Below, piece by piece: positions 1 through 10,163 of a stretch of 64,000 bases of DNA. Every line of letters begins with the position of its first letter. The stretch's first letter is position 1. This DNA is from a virus: positions 1 through 64,000 of IMG/VR virus record IMGVR_UViG_3300010885_050383. One strand, 5' to 3'. The translations under genes and the position numbers were made by a program. The notes beneath the pieces were generated by a model, which did not search any database, had not been told where the DNA came from, and was given only the letters and a program-made list of their open reading frames with translations.

Positions 1-3000
1 ATTATTAGGTGTTGCTGTACTACTTGTACTCCACATGAATGTACCTCCTCCATGATCCCCAACCTCATAATAACCTCCAACATGAACATAAGCATTTGGC
101 AATTGATAAATTACACTATTGTTTATTAAGTCACTAATAGTATAAACATAATAAGGAGGAAGAGGATTTCCTGTAGGTGTATAAATCCATCTTCCAATAT
201 TTCCGTCAACAGTTCCATAGGGGATAGTATTATCGTCACTTCTTTTTAAATTTAAAGGATTCAATGCAATAAAGCCGCTAGTAGCAATAATGGTTGTATT
301 ATTATCAGGTAGATAGCTAGAATAAGGATAGGCAGAAGCATTATTATCAAAGTAATAAGCACTTGTTCCAACATAAGCTACACTATTATTGTGGAATGTA
401 GGACTATTTCTTAAAGCCGATACACTATCAAAGTGAGTTCCAAAGTTTGGAATGAGGTTATTGTTACTATCATATACATTATTGCCACTTATAGTATTGT
501 ATACTAAGTTCAAAGGGAAATTTTTATTAGCAAATATAATTTGAGAAGCTTTATCAGGAATATTACAGATAATATTATTATCAATAATTGTTTGACCCTG
601 TGGGGGATATCCGACTGCTAAGTAAGGAACTTCTGGATTTGAATTCCAACTCCATCCATAATAAGCATAATCTGGATTTATACCAAAATAAGGATTTGGA
701 GTATAGGCAAGATCAGCATTTCCATATGTACTTAATGCATCAGCACTTAATAAAGAAAACCAGTAATCATTAACATAGTCTTGTCTATAATTTTGATTAA
801 CTTGTGTTGTTGGATTTCCATCTATATCTACCCAATAATGGAAATTATTATTTTTAATAACCGTATTTAAAGATGAGGAGGCTATGTCAAACCTTGAGGC
901 TTGGAAGTGGCTATTACCGGGAGAAGATGGTAACATATTATAGGAATAAAAATCATTATTTGTTATCGTATAATTAGTATAAGTGTCACTTTCAGTCATC
1001 GCAGCATAAATTCCATTTCCATAAAATTGATTACCACTAATAGATGTTGTACCATTATCACAACGTACACATGGATTGTGGGATAACAGTACAGTGTCAA
1101 CAGATGATAAAACAATTCCTGCTGTGAATGTATTGTCATAAACGTTTGTTGTTACGTTATTGTTGTGCCAAAAATTATAAGGATACAACCATACACTATT
1201 TGAATTAAAAGTAGTTCCTGTTGGGTAATTACGAGTACTTGCGTAATTGTATACTCCACTTACTGCACTTACTCTAGTCAGTGTACAGTAAGGAACAGAA
1301 GGATTTGTTAAATTATAATTTGTAATTTGGTATATACCATATGATAAACTACCTCCCTGATTAGGATCAGTTATTGTGACATAACTACCTACAGAAAAAC
1401 CACAATATGCTGTTAAGCATTGTAAACGTGTTGTAGGATTATTAAATGTTTTTAAATACTGTGTATCAATATAAAAATTAATAGATCCTCCTACTGGAGG
1501 ACTTGTTAAAATAGTGCTATATCCACCTGCTAATATAGGGCTCCCACTTCCTCCATATATTGACTCTACACCCATTCTTGCTAAGGTATTACCTTTAATG
1601 AGGTTATTAATACCTCCATAGAATACAAAACCATCTTTAGCATTTAATTGTGAATTTCTTGGAGGAACATATGTTGTACCTTCTGCATAATTTCCTATTA
1701 CATTATAGTTTAATACAGGAGAACCATTTCCTACATTCATTATCTGTCCTCCTCCTCCTTGAGGACGACCTTCATCACTTCCTCTTGGGTATAAGAAATT
1801 ATTATTAATAATGTTAAGGGTATTAACACCACTACCGGGAATCACACAATTGTTTACCGTTATTGCTCTATGTCCATTAATAAATGTATTGTTTGAAAGA
1901 GTAATAGTTCCTATGTTAACAGGATAATATGCTTGATTAGTTACGTTGCTATTTATAGAGATAATTTCTGCATTACCATTTCCGTGATCACCTGCACAAT
2001 AACCATCATTCCAAAACGTAAATCCACTTATTGTACATGTATTAGTATTATCAAAAATACCAATCATACTAGATCGATAACAACCATAATTAGTTATCGA
2101 AAGTTCATTTCCAGAGGATAGATATGGTACAACAGTACTCAATGTTGTACTTCCTGTTCCGTAAAGATTAATATTATATTTTGTACTTGTACTTTGAGAA
2201 GGATAATATCCAATGCTTAAATTATAACCGCTGTATACCTCACCACCTACACTAGAAAGACAAAACGAAGTTAGTAAATATGTACCTGTATTAAAATGCA
2301 AGTCAGTAACACCATTAACAGTGCAATAGTTAATAGCAGCCTGAATAGCTGGAGCATCGTCTGTTACTCCATCTCCTTTAGCACCCCACATTGCTACATT
2401 GGTAGAATTGTTTACAAAATGTCTAATCCAACGACCTGCACCAGTAACTGAATTTGGTTTAATAATAGCCCCTCCATCATCTGTTGCAGTGCTACTTGCA
2501 GACCATACAAATGTACCGCCTAAACCATCATTAGCTGAGTAATAACCTAATACATTTGCATTAATATTAGCAAACTTATTAGAATTAAATCCGCCATTGT
2601 AACTAACTCTTCTTAATTCATCTATTGTATTGAGATTTAAACTATTAATTGTGTTATTTTTATAAATTGGATAACGAGCAGGTAAATTATTAAGAGCATC
2701 TCCACTTAAGCCTGTGGTATTAATACCCATGTACAACACTGAACTAGAGGAAAGCCCCGGATTTATATTGAATGTATTGTTTGTTATAACAGAATTTAAA
2801 GATGCATTTTCAATACCAAAAAATTGTCCTCTAAATGCTGGATCATACTGAGTAGAGAATAATGGATTAAATGTATTTCCTTGCCAGAATTTAAATGTAT
2901 TATTTGTGATTGTAATACCACTTAAAGCATCATTTGATATTATTACTGGAGCATTTCCAATATTTGGAATTTTGCCTGTATATGTTCCATTTTTGTTCAA

Positions 3001-5262
3001 GAAACTATACCAAGCAATGCTAGGAGGGGTTTGGTTGTACATTTCAAAATAATTGTTGGAAGCAACTGATTGAGCATGTTGAATTGGGAAACTAAAGCTT
3101 GGTCTGTAGATAATTGCTTGATCAGGGGTATAAGCAGTGTTACTAATAAAGAAACTGGTTCCAGTACTAGATGCTAGACCGGGGTTATGTGAAAGACCTA
3201 AACATTCTACATTACCAAAATTTGTTCCACTGAGAACAAAATGAGTATGAGGATCAGGAAGGAAATTGCAATTTGTTACGAATGATATTGATGAGAATGT
3301 TTGAGTAAATGTATCATTTGTTAAAGCTACTTTTTTCATCCACCCACTTGAAACTGTTTTACCACTTGCACTTTGAGAAGAAAGATAGTTTGTGTAAGAG
3401 GTTTCTGGTATTCTAACAGCTGATATTTGCCAGTAAACATTTGGTGTATTAGAAGTTAGTAAGGCTAAAATTGTATATAACCCTGTATACTGACCAAAGT
3501 ACCCACTATCGGGCCCAGTAGCATTTGCTCCAGTAATCGTATCTCCAACTTTATAGAAATTTTGATAATTGTATGTTTGCTCCCATTGAGTTCCATTATA
3601 TCCATTATAACCAGCAGCAACAGTAAATGTAATTGTCTGTCCTACGTTAGGTATAGTAAAGGGGTTCTGAAGGTATAGCCCGCCTGATTGGTTTTGAGAA
3701 CCATCGATAATAGTTTCAACACCAAACTTACTAAATGTACAGTTTGTAACTAATGAACTTAGTCCTGTATAATAAAGGAAACCATCTTTTGGTTTAACAG
3801 ATGAGACAGTAATTGTATTTGTTGTACCTTCAGCATAACAATTGTTTACATAAAGGTTTGTTACATCTTTATCGAAGAAAGCAATCTGGCCTCCACCACC
3901 CGTTGAAGAAACTCCACCATTTGGGTAATAAAAATTACAGTTTGTTAATGATACATAACCAATTGTTTTTGGTATATAGCTTCTATTAATTGTAATAGCT
4001 CTATTACCTGATATAAAATCCACATTGTCAAATTTTATATAAGCTACTTTATTAGGGTAATCAAGAACACTTCTATCTGAATAACCTAAAAATGAGTTAG
4101 GAGAGCAATTAAAAATTTCAGTTGTAGAATTTCCATTTATATATTGACCATTTATAATTACTGGAGTATCATTACGAGCTAATCGTAAGTTATTTACTGA
4201 AAAAGCCGACAACGATTCAGCACCCCAAAGAAGAGCACTTGGGTTATTGGCAGGAGCTATAGGTGCTGAAAGATTGGTAAATATGGTAGTAGAGTTATTA
4301 CCCGCACCGTACAAATTGAGATTTACACTTACATTCGGATTATTAGGAAGATAACCAACAGCGAGAAGATAATTTTTGTAAAGATAAGAACGTGTCTCTG
4401 TTGCAGAATTTACTTGCCAAGAAGACAAATAATAACTACCCGAATTAAAATAAAGATTATTAATTCCACTTAACGAACAATAGTTAATGGCAGCTTGAAT
4501 AGCTATAGTATCGTCTGTCAATCCATCTCCTTTTGTACCCCACATTCTAACGTTAGCTGAATTGTTTACAAACTGTCTAATCCAGCGACCTGCACCAGTT
4601 ACATTAGAAGGTTGTAATACCGATCCATTATCTGGGGTTAATGTACTATTTGAATCATAGATAAAATTACCTCCTCCATTATCATTTGGAAAATAATATC
4701 CCGCAACAGAAATTAATTGATTATTCTTTTGATATGAAATACTATTATTAATAAGACTACTGATATTTAAGAATGGGAAATTATTGCTATATAGTGTTAT
4801 TAAAGAAGAATTTTGGTAGTTGTGGTAGTAACTATCCCTTGATAATAGTCCATACCCTGCTTCATTTTCTACGATTAGATCGAAATTAACATTATACTGA
4901 TATGGCAACCTATATATGTAATTAAATATTTGGGTTGGTATATCAAAAGATAGATAACTATTGTTTATTAATGTAAAAGTAGGAATTACAACTCCATAAA
5001 ACCCCGGATTTGATGGATATAAATTATTAGAAGTAGAGAATGGGTTAAAATATGAGTATTGTAAATCCCGAAACACACTTGGATCGGAAGCACTTAAATA
5101 TATATTCTTTAAACTCAAGAAACTTCTTCCTAAAACTTCTATGGTTGATACCTGAGATGCAGAAATCACCGCCGACTGAACATATAAATTAGTAGGTTGA
5201 GCATAAACAGCACTAGGCTTTGCACGAACTGTTACATATTCAGTGTAGGGAGAAAGGTTCAT
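1..5262 (-). CDS. Giant multi-module tailspike/tail fibre protein with pectate-lyase-like beta-helix modules (partial, >=1754 aa, runs off left edge)
   Basis: Absent from the ORF track because there is no stop in the window. ATG at 5262 overlaps the gp15 stop (ATGA) and translates MNLSPYTEYVTVRAKP... It contains repeated tailspike motifs GYY..ND..GG.F...GAGRWIRxFVNNS.NVxMWGxKGDGxTDDxxAIQAAINY at ~4700-4430 and ~2550-2270, with a third starting at ~75. Asn/Thr/Ser-rich beta-helix-like sequence lies between them. Confidence 0.8.
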   Translation of the reverse strand, partial: MNLSPYTEYVTVRAKPSAVYAQPTNLYVQSAVISASQVSTIEVLGRSFLSLKNIYLSASDPSVFRDLQYSYFNPFSTSNNLYPSNPGFYGVVIPTFTLINNSYLSFDIPTQIFNYIYRLPYQYNVNFDLIVENEAGYGLLSRDSYYHNYQNSSLITLYSNNFPFLNISSLINNSISYQKNNQLISVAGYYFPNDNGGGNFIYDSNSTLTPDNGSVLQPSNVTGAGRWIRQFVNNSANVRMWGTKGDGLTDDTIAIQAAINYCSLSGINNLYFNSGSYYLSSWQVNSATETRSYLYKNYLLAVGYLPNNPNVSVNLNLYGAGNNSTTIFTNLSAPIAPANNPSALLWGAESLSAFSVNNLRLARNDTPVIINGQYINGNSTTEIFNCSPNSFLGYSDRSVLDYPNKVAYIKFDNVDFISGNRAITINRSYIPKTIGYVSLTNCNFYYPNGGVSSTGGGGQIAFFDKDVTNLYVNNCYAEGTTNTITVSSVKPKDGFLYYTGLSSLVTNCTFSKFGVETIIDGSQNQSGGLYLQNPFTIPNVGQTITFTVAAGYNGYNGTQWEQTYNYQNFYKVGDTITGANATGPDSGYFGQYTGLYTILALLTSNTPNVYWQISAVRIPETSYTNYLSSQSASGKTVSSGWMKKVALTNDTFTQTFSSISFVTNCNFLPDPHTHFVLSGTNFGNVECLGLSHNPGLASSTGTSFFISNTAYTPDQAIIYRPSFSFPIQHAQSVASNNYFEMYNQTPPSIAWYSFLNKNGTYTGKIPNIGNAPVIISNDALSGITITNNTFKFWQGNTFNPLFSTQYDPAFRGQFFGIENASLNSVITNNTFNINPGLSSSSVLYMGINTTGLSGDALNNLPARYPIYKNNTINSLNLNTIDELRRVSYNGGFNSNKFANINANVLGYYSANDGLGGTFVWSASSTATDDGGAIIKPNSVTGAGRWIRHFVNNSTNVAMWGAKGDGVTDDAPAIQAAINYCTVNGVTDLHFNTGTYLLTSFCLSSVGGEVYSGYNLSIGYYPSQSTSTKYNINLYGTGSTTLSTVVPYLSSGNELSITNYGCYRSSMIGIFDNTNTCTISGFTFWNDGYCAGDHGNGNAEIISINSNVTNQAYYPVNIGTITLSNNTFINGHRAITVNNCVIPGSGVNTLNIINNNFLYPRGSDEGRPQGGGGQIMNVGNGSPVLNYNVIGNYAEGTTYVPPRNSQLNAKDGFVFYGGINNLIKGNTLARMGVESIYGGSGSPILAGGYSTILTSPPVGGSINFYIDTQYLKTFNNPTTRLQCLTAYCGFSVGSYVTITDPNQGGSLSYGIYQITNYNLTNPSVPYCTLTRVSAVSGVYNYASTRNYPTGTTFNSNSVWLYPYNFWHNNNVTTNVYDNTFTAGIVLSSVDTVLLSHNPCVRCDNGTTSISGNQFYGNGIYAAMTESDTYTNYTITNNDFYSYNMLPSSPGNSHFQASRFDIASSSLNTVIKNNNFHYWVDIDGNPTTQVNQNYRQDYVNDYWFSLLSADALSTYGNADLAYTPNPYFGINPDYAYYGWSWNSNPEVPYLAVGYPPQGQTIIDNNIICNIPDKASQIIFANKNFPLNLVYNTISGNNVYDSNNNLIPNFGTHFDSVSALRNSPTFHNNSVAYVGTSAYYFDNNASAYPYSSYLPDNNTTIIATSGFIALNPLNLKRSDDNTIPYGTVDGNIGRWIYTPTGNPLPPYYVYTISDLINNSVIYQLPNAYVHVGGYYEVGDHGGGTFMWSTSSTATPNN
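2405..4602. repeat. Internal direct repeat in tailspike gene (2405-2448 vs 4559-4602, offset 2154 nt = 718 codons)
   Basis: 41/44 identical nt by manual alignment; similarity extends over the GDGxTDD motif. Confidence 0.85.
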
Positions 5263-5960
5263 AGTGTTATGAGGTTAATGGCATCCGATTCTGGATCATG
5301 AGATACTTCCATTTTTTCATTTATAGTATATATCTTACCAATAGGCTCTTGTTGATCTTTAAATATCCATCCTTTGATGGTAAAAGAAGTATCTGCCACT
5401 AATCTATAGGCAGCATTTGATGCCAAATTGTCTGGATATATTACAGTTATTTGCCCCGACCATAAAACTTCAGATCTAAGCTCATGATTATTGGCAAAAG
5501 GTAATTTCCAAGAGATTACAATATATGGATCACAATAAGGTATAAAATTAGAAAGAATCTGATCCATATCAGATTGAAATTTAGTAACAATATGCATATT
5601 AACTACAATATTGATAGGAACTGGTTGGAAAATATGGTTTAATGTGCTATAGTTTCCTCCGTTTGCATCATAAAAAGGTATTGTAAACCCAGTTATCTTA
5701 TTAAAAACCCTAGAATTATCTCTTTGAATAGAACCAAGACTTACTGCTACGGCGGGAACTGTAATACCACCGGGTGCAGGAGTGGTTAATGCATCATATA
5801 CTCTTTGTTTGGGTGCATAGACAAAACTAATAGGAATCCCGCTGGTTGGAGATTGCACAGTTTTAGTATTGTCGAATCTTTTGATAATAATATTACCAAA
5901 AGCTGCAACGAACTGTTCTAAAATGGTCTGAACTTCAAAATTAAAGGTATAATTCTTCAC
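5259..5960 (-). CDS. gp15: Tail sheath stabilizer / tail terminator (T4 gp15-like)
   Basis: MKNYTFNFEVQTILEQFVAAFGNIIIKR...PISFVYAPKQR...DQILSNFIPY...FTIKGWIF pattern typical of gp15; GTG start. Confidence 0.8.
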   Translation of the reverse strand: MKNYTFNFEVQTILEQFVAAFGNIIIKRFDNTKTVQSPTSGIPISFVYAPKQRVYDALTTPAPGGITVPAVAVSLGSIQRDNSRVFNKITGFTIPFYDANGGNYSTLNHIFQPVPINIVVNMHIVTKFQSDMDQILSNFIPYCDPYIVISWKLPFANNHELRSEVLWSGQITVIYPDNLASNAAYRLVADTSFTIKGWIFKDQQEPIGKIYTINEKMEVSHDPESDAINLITL

Positions 5961-5974
5961 CTTTAATATTTACA

Positions 5975-7645
5975 TCATACAAACCGATCTATGAAATGTT
6001 TGGGAAGTTTTTTACTGTTTTCTAAAATATTTCTATGAATAACACCATCCAAAATATATGTTGTAGCATGATCTGTTATAGATCTAGTGCATCTTCCACA
6101 CATCTGAACAAGCACATCTAACATTTTCATTGTGTAATATTTCTTATTTTTATCAAAAATCTTTTTAATTCTTTTTGAACCCAGTGGTAAGAATGGTGCT
6201 TTTAAGATTATTTGAAATCTTCCAAGGTTATCATCCAAACTAACACCTGTATCTAACGAAGGACTTACCAAAATAGTATCATCTTCTCGTTCTTTATGAT
6301 CTTTTAGAATATCTTCATTAGAAATACCTATATCACGGAACAAAAATCTTTTATTATTGCCAACTGCTCTTTTGAGTTCTTGTGTTATTTTATTTGTATG
6401 GGTATGAATTAGTCCCTTACTCCCCTTATGTTGCTCACAAATTTCCAATGCTGCTTTAATAACCTTTGGTAAATCTCTGTCAATTGTGTTAAATGACAAA
6501 TTATACTGATTTGAACACATAATGGGTGACTTTTTTGCATCAAACGCAGATGCTACTTCAATGTATTCATACTCATCAGGTTTAATACCAATGCTTTTTG
6601 CATATTCTTCTGGATTTGTGATTGTAGCAGACATTAAAAGAACTTTTTCTGCCCCACTAAATATAGTACGAGCAAATGGTCTAATGTCATACGGAACAAA
6701 AGTCACCTTTTCTACATCTTTATGTTCAACTAGGAACTCAGCTTCATCCCAATATGTAATTGCAACCCCCAGTGAGGTTACTAAATTCGTAAGCTTGTTA
6801 AGTCTTTGGGTTTGTTTAATTCTTACAGCGGAGAATTTTTCATTATTGGCATTTGATCTTATGAATTCTAACAGCTTTTCTCTTTCTGATGAAAGTTGTT
6901 CATAAATATTATTAAGCCATTGCCCAGCTTTTTTAGAATCATCTGTCAATAACTTATCAAAAGACACTTTTTCAGCTTTAAGTTGAGAGTAAAAAATAGT
7001 GACCGAATATTGACCTACCAATTCATCTTCTATTTCTCCTGCTTCATCACAAATGTAATACTCCCTCTTGCGTAAAAAAGGTATCAGCGAAAAGAATGAC
7101 CTATAATTTAAAACAGGGTCAGGAACCAAAAGAGCTTCTTTACGTTTTTCAAAATAAGGGCATCTTTTAAGATCAAAACATTTTTGTTTCATCTTTCTAT
7201 CATAAACACATGGTGCATGTTCGGTAGTTGCATCCGTATCAACTACACACTGGTAATTGCTTTTGCCTTTTAGACTAACCATATCTTTAAATAAATTGAT
7301 ATATTGGTCTTGAAGAGATTTTGTGACTGTTAAAACAAAGCTACCAAATGGATCTGCATTTAAAAAATCGTTCTCGTAAATAAATTCATTTCTCTGATCT
7401 TTTTTGTAAATCAAATATTCTTCAATAAGGCTTTTTCTGTGATCGTCAATTGGAGTTGCTGATCTAGCAATTGATGCAGCAATGTGGGATTTACCAGATC
7501 CTGTAGGCAAACAAGCAATTACATACTTTTTACCACTCGAAAATATTTCTGATATCTTCTCAAGAGCCTTTATCTGTTGAGGTCTAGGTTCAGAATCTTT
7601 GGGAAAGTATTCAAGATAATTAACCGACTTTGATGTTTTGTGCAT
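5975..7645 (-). CDS. DinG/XPD(Rad3)-family SF2 helicase with probable Fe-S cluster
   Basis: Q motif PRPQQ, Walker A PTGSGKS, KGKSNYQC plus three further Cys, DEAG motif II, SAT motif III, QMCGRCTRSITD motif VI. Confidence 0.85.
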   Translation of the reverse strand: MHKTSKSVNYLEYFPKDSEPRPQQIKALEKISEIFSSGKKYVIACLPTGSGKSHIAASIARSATPIDDHRKSLIEEYLIYKKDQRNEFIYENDFLNADPFGSFVLTVTKSLQDQYINLFKDMVSLKGKSNYQCVVDTDATTEHAPCVYDRKMKQKCFDLKRCPYFEKRKEALLVPDPVLNYRSFFSLIPFLRKREYYICDEAGEIEDELVGQYSVTIFYSQLKAEKVSFDKLLTDDSKKAGQWLNNIYEQLSSEREKLLEFIRSNANNEKFSAVRIKQTQRLNKLTNLVTSLGVAITYWDEAEFLVEHKDVEKVTFVPYDIRPFARTIFSGAEKVLLMSATITNPEEYAKSIGIKPDEYEYIEVASAFDAKKSPIMCSNQYNLSFNTIDRDLPKVIKAALEICEQHKGSKGLIHTHTNKITQELKRAVGNNKRFLFRDIGISNEDILKDHKEREDDTILVSPSLDTGVSLDDNLGRFQIILKAPFLPLGSKRIKKIFDKNKKYYTMKMLDVLVQMCGRCTRSITDHATTYILDGVIHRNILENSKKLPKHFIDRFV

Positions 7646-7880
7646 TCTTTATTTTACTATGGTCTACAACTTTACGCAAGCAATTACATACAAAATATCC
7701 ATAATTTTCTGAATTTCTACCTACATGACCTCTGTTGTTGCATTTTTTGCAATTACTGGGCTTCCTCAATAAAGGAATTTGACCAGCATCCAACAATTTG
7801 AAATCTTCTTTGGTCACTTCATAAAAAGTACCAGAAAAAATACTATAAATTTGAATTGTATCGTTATTTTTTGTTTCCAT
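7620..7880 (-). CDS. Small zinc-finger protein
   Basis: CKKC...CNC motif; overlaps neighbours in an operon. Confidence 0.6.
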   Translation of the reverse strand: METKNNDTIQIYSIFSGTFYEVTKEDFKLLDAGQIPLLRKPSNCKKCNNRGHVGRNSENYGYFVCNCLRKVVDHSKIKNAQNIKVG

Positions 7881-8223
7881 CGATTGTTAATATTGTGTTC
7901 CAAAATTTATTTGATGTTTTTTTAGATGAATACATTTTTAAATACATTTCTACTTCAGGGGCATGTTTAGCAAGAGTTTTTAATCTATAATCAAAATAAA
8001 CTAAATCATCTTTTTCATGTATCTCGACATCATATGGTATTGGAATTTCTACTTTCTCTCTTTGTTTTTTAGCAGTATCCATGAGAAATGTCAAGTAAAA
8101 ATTCTTTTGGTAGAAAAGAATCAACTTGCCTTGCTTAAAAGTTTTGTTATTAAGCTCTAAACTCAAGGTTTTCTGTAATAAAAATTTACAGGCATCTTCT
8201 ATTGGTGTTTTTGTAATTGTCAT
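7864..8223 (-). CDS. Hypothetical protein
   Basis: 119-aa ORF with ATGA coupling to upstream gene. Confidence 0.65.
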   Translation of the reverse strand: MTITKTPIEDACKFLLQKTLSLELNNKTFKQGKLILFYQKNFYLTFLMDTAKKQREKVEIPIPYDVEIHEKDDLVYFDYRLKTLAKHAPEVEMYLKMYSSKKTSNKFWNTILTIDGNKK

Positions 8224-8600
8224 TGTTCCATAAATGCTGCTTTTTGGTTTGCAGACATTTTACTCAGTATTTTATTAAAATATTCCCAAAAAACTTCTGG
8301 TGGTCTCGTTTTTGTAACTGTTATAACCTCGCAATTACTTGCTGGTATGTTTCTATGATCTTGCATGAACAAATCCCATACAGGAAGAAGTCCACGAGAT
8401 CTAGCATCGTATGCTGGTGCACCAGTTGGTATTCTATAATTTAATATTTCTAATCCTTCTTTAGATTCTAATAAAGCAGAATCACATGTTGCAAGCATCC
8501 TTCTAGTAGTAGATTTACCTTTTGCATGTCTTCGTGTGAATTTTACTTCAACTACGTTTTCTCTGCAAAGTTGTTCTAATCCACCGAGAGTTAATCTCAC
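8220..8600 (-). CDS. WYL-like/Sm-SH3 fold phage protein (DUF2693-like)
   Basis: VVEVKFTRR...RRMLAT...LPVWDL...RNI pattern. Confidence 0.6.
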   Translation of the reverse strand: MRLTLGGLEQLCRENVVEVKFTRRHAKGKSTTRRMLATCDSALLESKEGLEILNYRIPTGAPAYDARSRGLLPVWDLFMQDHRNIPASNCEVITVTKTRPPEVFWEYFNKILSKMSANQKAAFMEQ

Positions 8601-9037
8601 GTTGTGGTTGGCACTTTTTTAGGTCGAGGTGCTTTAACCTTTTTATCAAGCGAGGTTTGGTCTGCTTCGCAAACTCCAAACACTCTTGCTTCATTCAAAA
8701 ATACTATATTTTTCAAATTATTCAAATTAGCAACTTGAATCCCTTTATCATTTGGGAAAACAATATGATTGCCTTCCTTAACTGTCTTGCAATTTGGTCC
8801 AGCAAGAAGAACAACACCAACTCTCCAAGTATGCTGTACGGCATTGATGGGGAGCCAGATGTTTCCTCTTTTAATTTCAGTTCCTTCTTCGTTGATGTCA
8901 ACGTATTGAACCATTAATATATCATCCAGAACTTTAGTTAAATTCCATCCATTTAATTCAAAACTATTGCCTTTGTATTTGTCAATCTGAACTTTTCCAC
9001 CGATTAAATCTTCTTGTTGAGGTCTTGCTATTGTCAT
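8597..9037 (-). CDS. GroES-like co-chaperonin (T4 gp31 analogue)
   Basis: LDDILMV...RGNIWLP...GVVLLAGPNCKTVKEGNHIVF...FLNEARVFGV matches the Cpn10 pattern. Confidence 0.75.
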   Translation of the reverse strand: MTIARPQQEDLIGGKVQIDKYKGNSFELNGWNLTKVLDDILMVQYVDINEEGTEIKRGNIWLPINAVQHTWRVGVVLLAGPNCKTVKEGNHIVFPNDKGIQVANLNNLKNIVFLNEARVFGVCEADQTSLDKKVKAPRPKKVPTTT

Positions 9038-9042
9038 ATATT

Positions 9043-9438
9043 TTATTTAACAACCTCATTAATTTCTGCAAGTGTTTTTTCGTACAATTCTATTTCTTTT
9101 GTAGAGCATTCAAAAGCAGAAGCAAGACTTAAATAATCTTCGTTAGTTTTTGTTTTTGGTGGTGATTTTATATAAACAATCTTCTTATTAAATTTCGGAA
9201 GAATTGTTTTAAAAAAAATGCCCATAAAATCATTAGATGAAATAAAATCACTTTTACTCATTAGCCATCTATTTGTCGTAACATTAACCATTTGTGCTAT
9301 GTTGGGATCTGCCATAGAAAGCCACCTATTTATGATAAAAGGACTTACAGAATTTAAATCACCATTTCCTTTGGATTTTTTCTTTAAAATCCAATCTAAC
9401 AAGATGAATAAACTATCATTGTAAATCTTTTTTGTCAT
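9043..9438 (-). CDS. gp62: Clamp loader small subunit (gp62-like)
   Basis: LDWILKKK...SPFIINRWLSM...YIK...FECSTKEIELY motif of T4-like gp62. Confidence 0.65.
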   Translation of the reverse strand: MTKKIYNDSLFILLDWILKKKSKGNGDLNSVSPFIINRWLSMADPNIAQMVNVTTNRWLMSKSDFISSNDFMGIFFKTILPKFNKKIVYIKSPPKTKTNEDYLSLASAFECSTKEIELYEKTLAEINEVVK

Positions 9439-10114
9439 TATCAATATTTCCGTATTTTTCTTTAAACTTAACAGAACTTTCTTGCCATTCTGGAGTGTTC
9501 ATACTATCACCTAATCCGAAATGTACAACTCTAATTGGGTATACTCCGATTTTAAGTTTGTTTTTGTTAGCATTGAGACAAAAGGTAATGTCATAGTGGT
9601 GGAAAGCAAAATCTTCATCAAATTTTGTATTGGTGTCTAACAATTTTGCAACATCAACAGCAATAAACAACCCATCAATAACCAAAACTCTATTTGGTGT
9701 CTTACCAAAAACAGTTGTCCAGTTGATACCACCTCGACTATGAGTTACTTCTCCCATTAAATCTTCTCTAGGAGCCATAAGATGCCATGCAGGGTGTTCT
9801 GAGGCTATATTACATGATTTAGCACCTGCCAATCCTACAATATCAAACTTTTCAAATGCTAAATTCATCTTATCAAAGAAAAAAAGATCTTCAATGAGAA
9901 CATCATCATGCACAAATATTATTTTTTTCCCTCTGTTTTCTTCGGTAAGATATTTATTATAGATTTTTGTCAGGGGTTCTTTGTTTTCGTAAACAATATC
10001 GTAGTCAGTACCAAATTTATAACCAATTTTATCTAAAAATATGGCTATTGCGGCTTTTTCTTGAAATTCATCCTGTTTTAATTGAGTTGCTACTACGATT
10101 TTATATTTATTCAT
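9416..10114 (-). CDS. GT-A fold glycosyltransferase (GT2-like)
   Basis: IIFVHDDV, DIVGLAG, VIDGLFIAV, FDEDFAFHHYDITFC. Confidence 0.8.
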   Translation of the reverse strand: MNKYKIVVATQLKQDEFQEKAAIAIFLDKIGYKFGTDYDIVYENKEPLTKIYNKYLTEENRGKKIIFVHDDVLIEDLFFFDKMNLAFEKFDIVGLAGAKSCNIASEHPAWHLMAPREDLMGEVTHSRGGINWTTVFGKTPNRVLVIDGLFIAVDVAKLLDTNTKFDEDFAFHHYDITFCLNANKNKLKIGVYPIRVVHFGLGDSMNTPEWQESSVKFKEKYGNIDNDKKDLQ

Positions 10115-10163
10115 GTTGTTTTTTTTATTTTTTTACTAATTAAAGTGTAAATATACTATAGTC

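Noticed and set aside
588-2121. Short + strand ORFs 588-773 and 1933-2121, and similar antisense/alternate-frame ORFs throughout
   Set aside because: Shadows of long, motif-bearing genes on the other strand or frame
2320-4602. Diversity-generating retroelement TR/VR pair in the tailspike repeats
   Set aside because: Mismatches involve all bases, both copies are in-frame coding, and no reverse transcriptase is in the window
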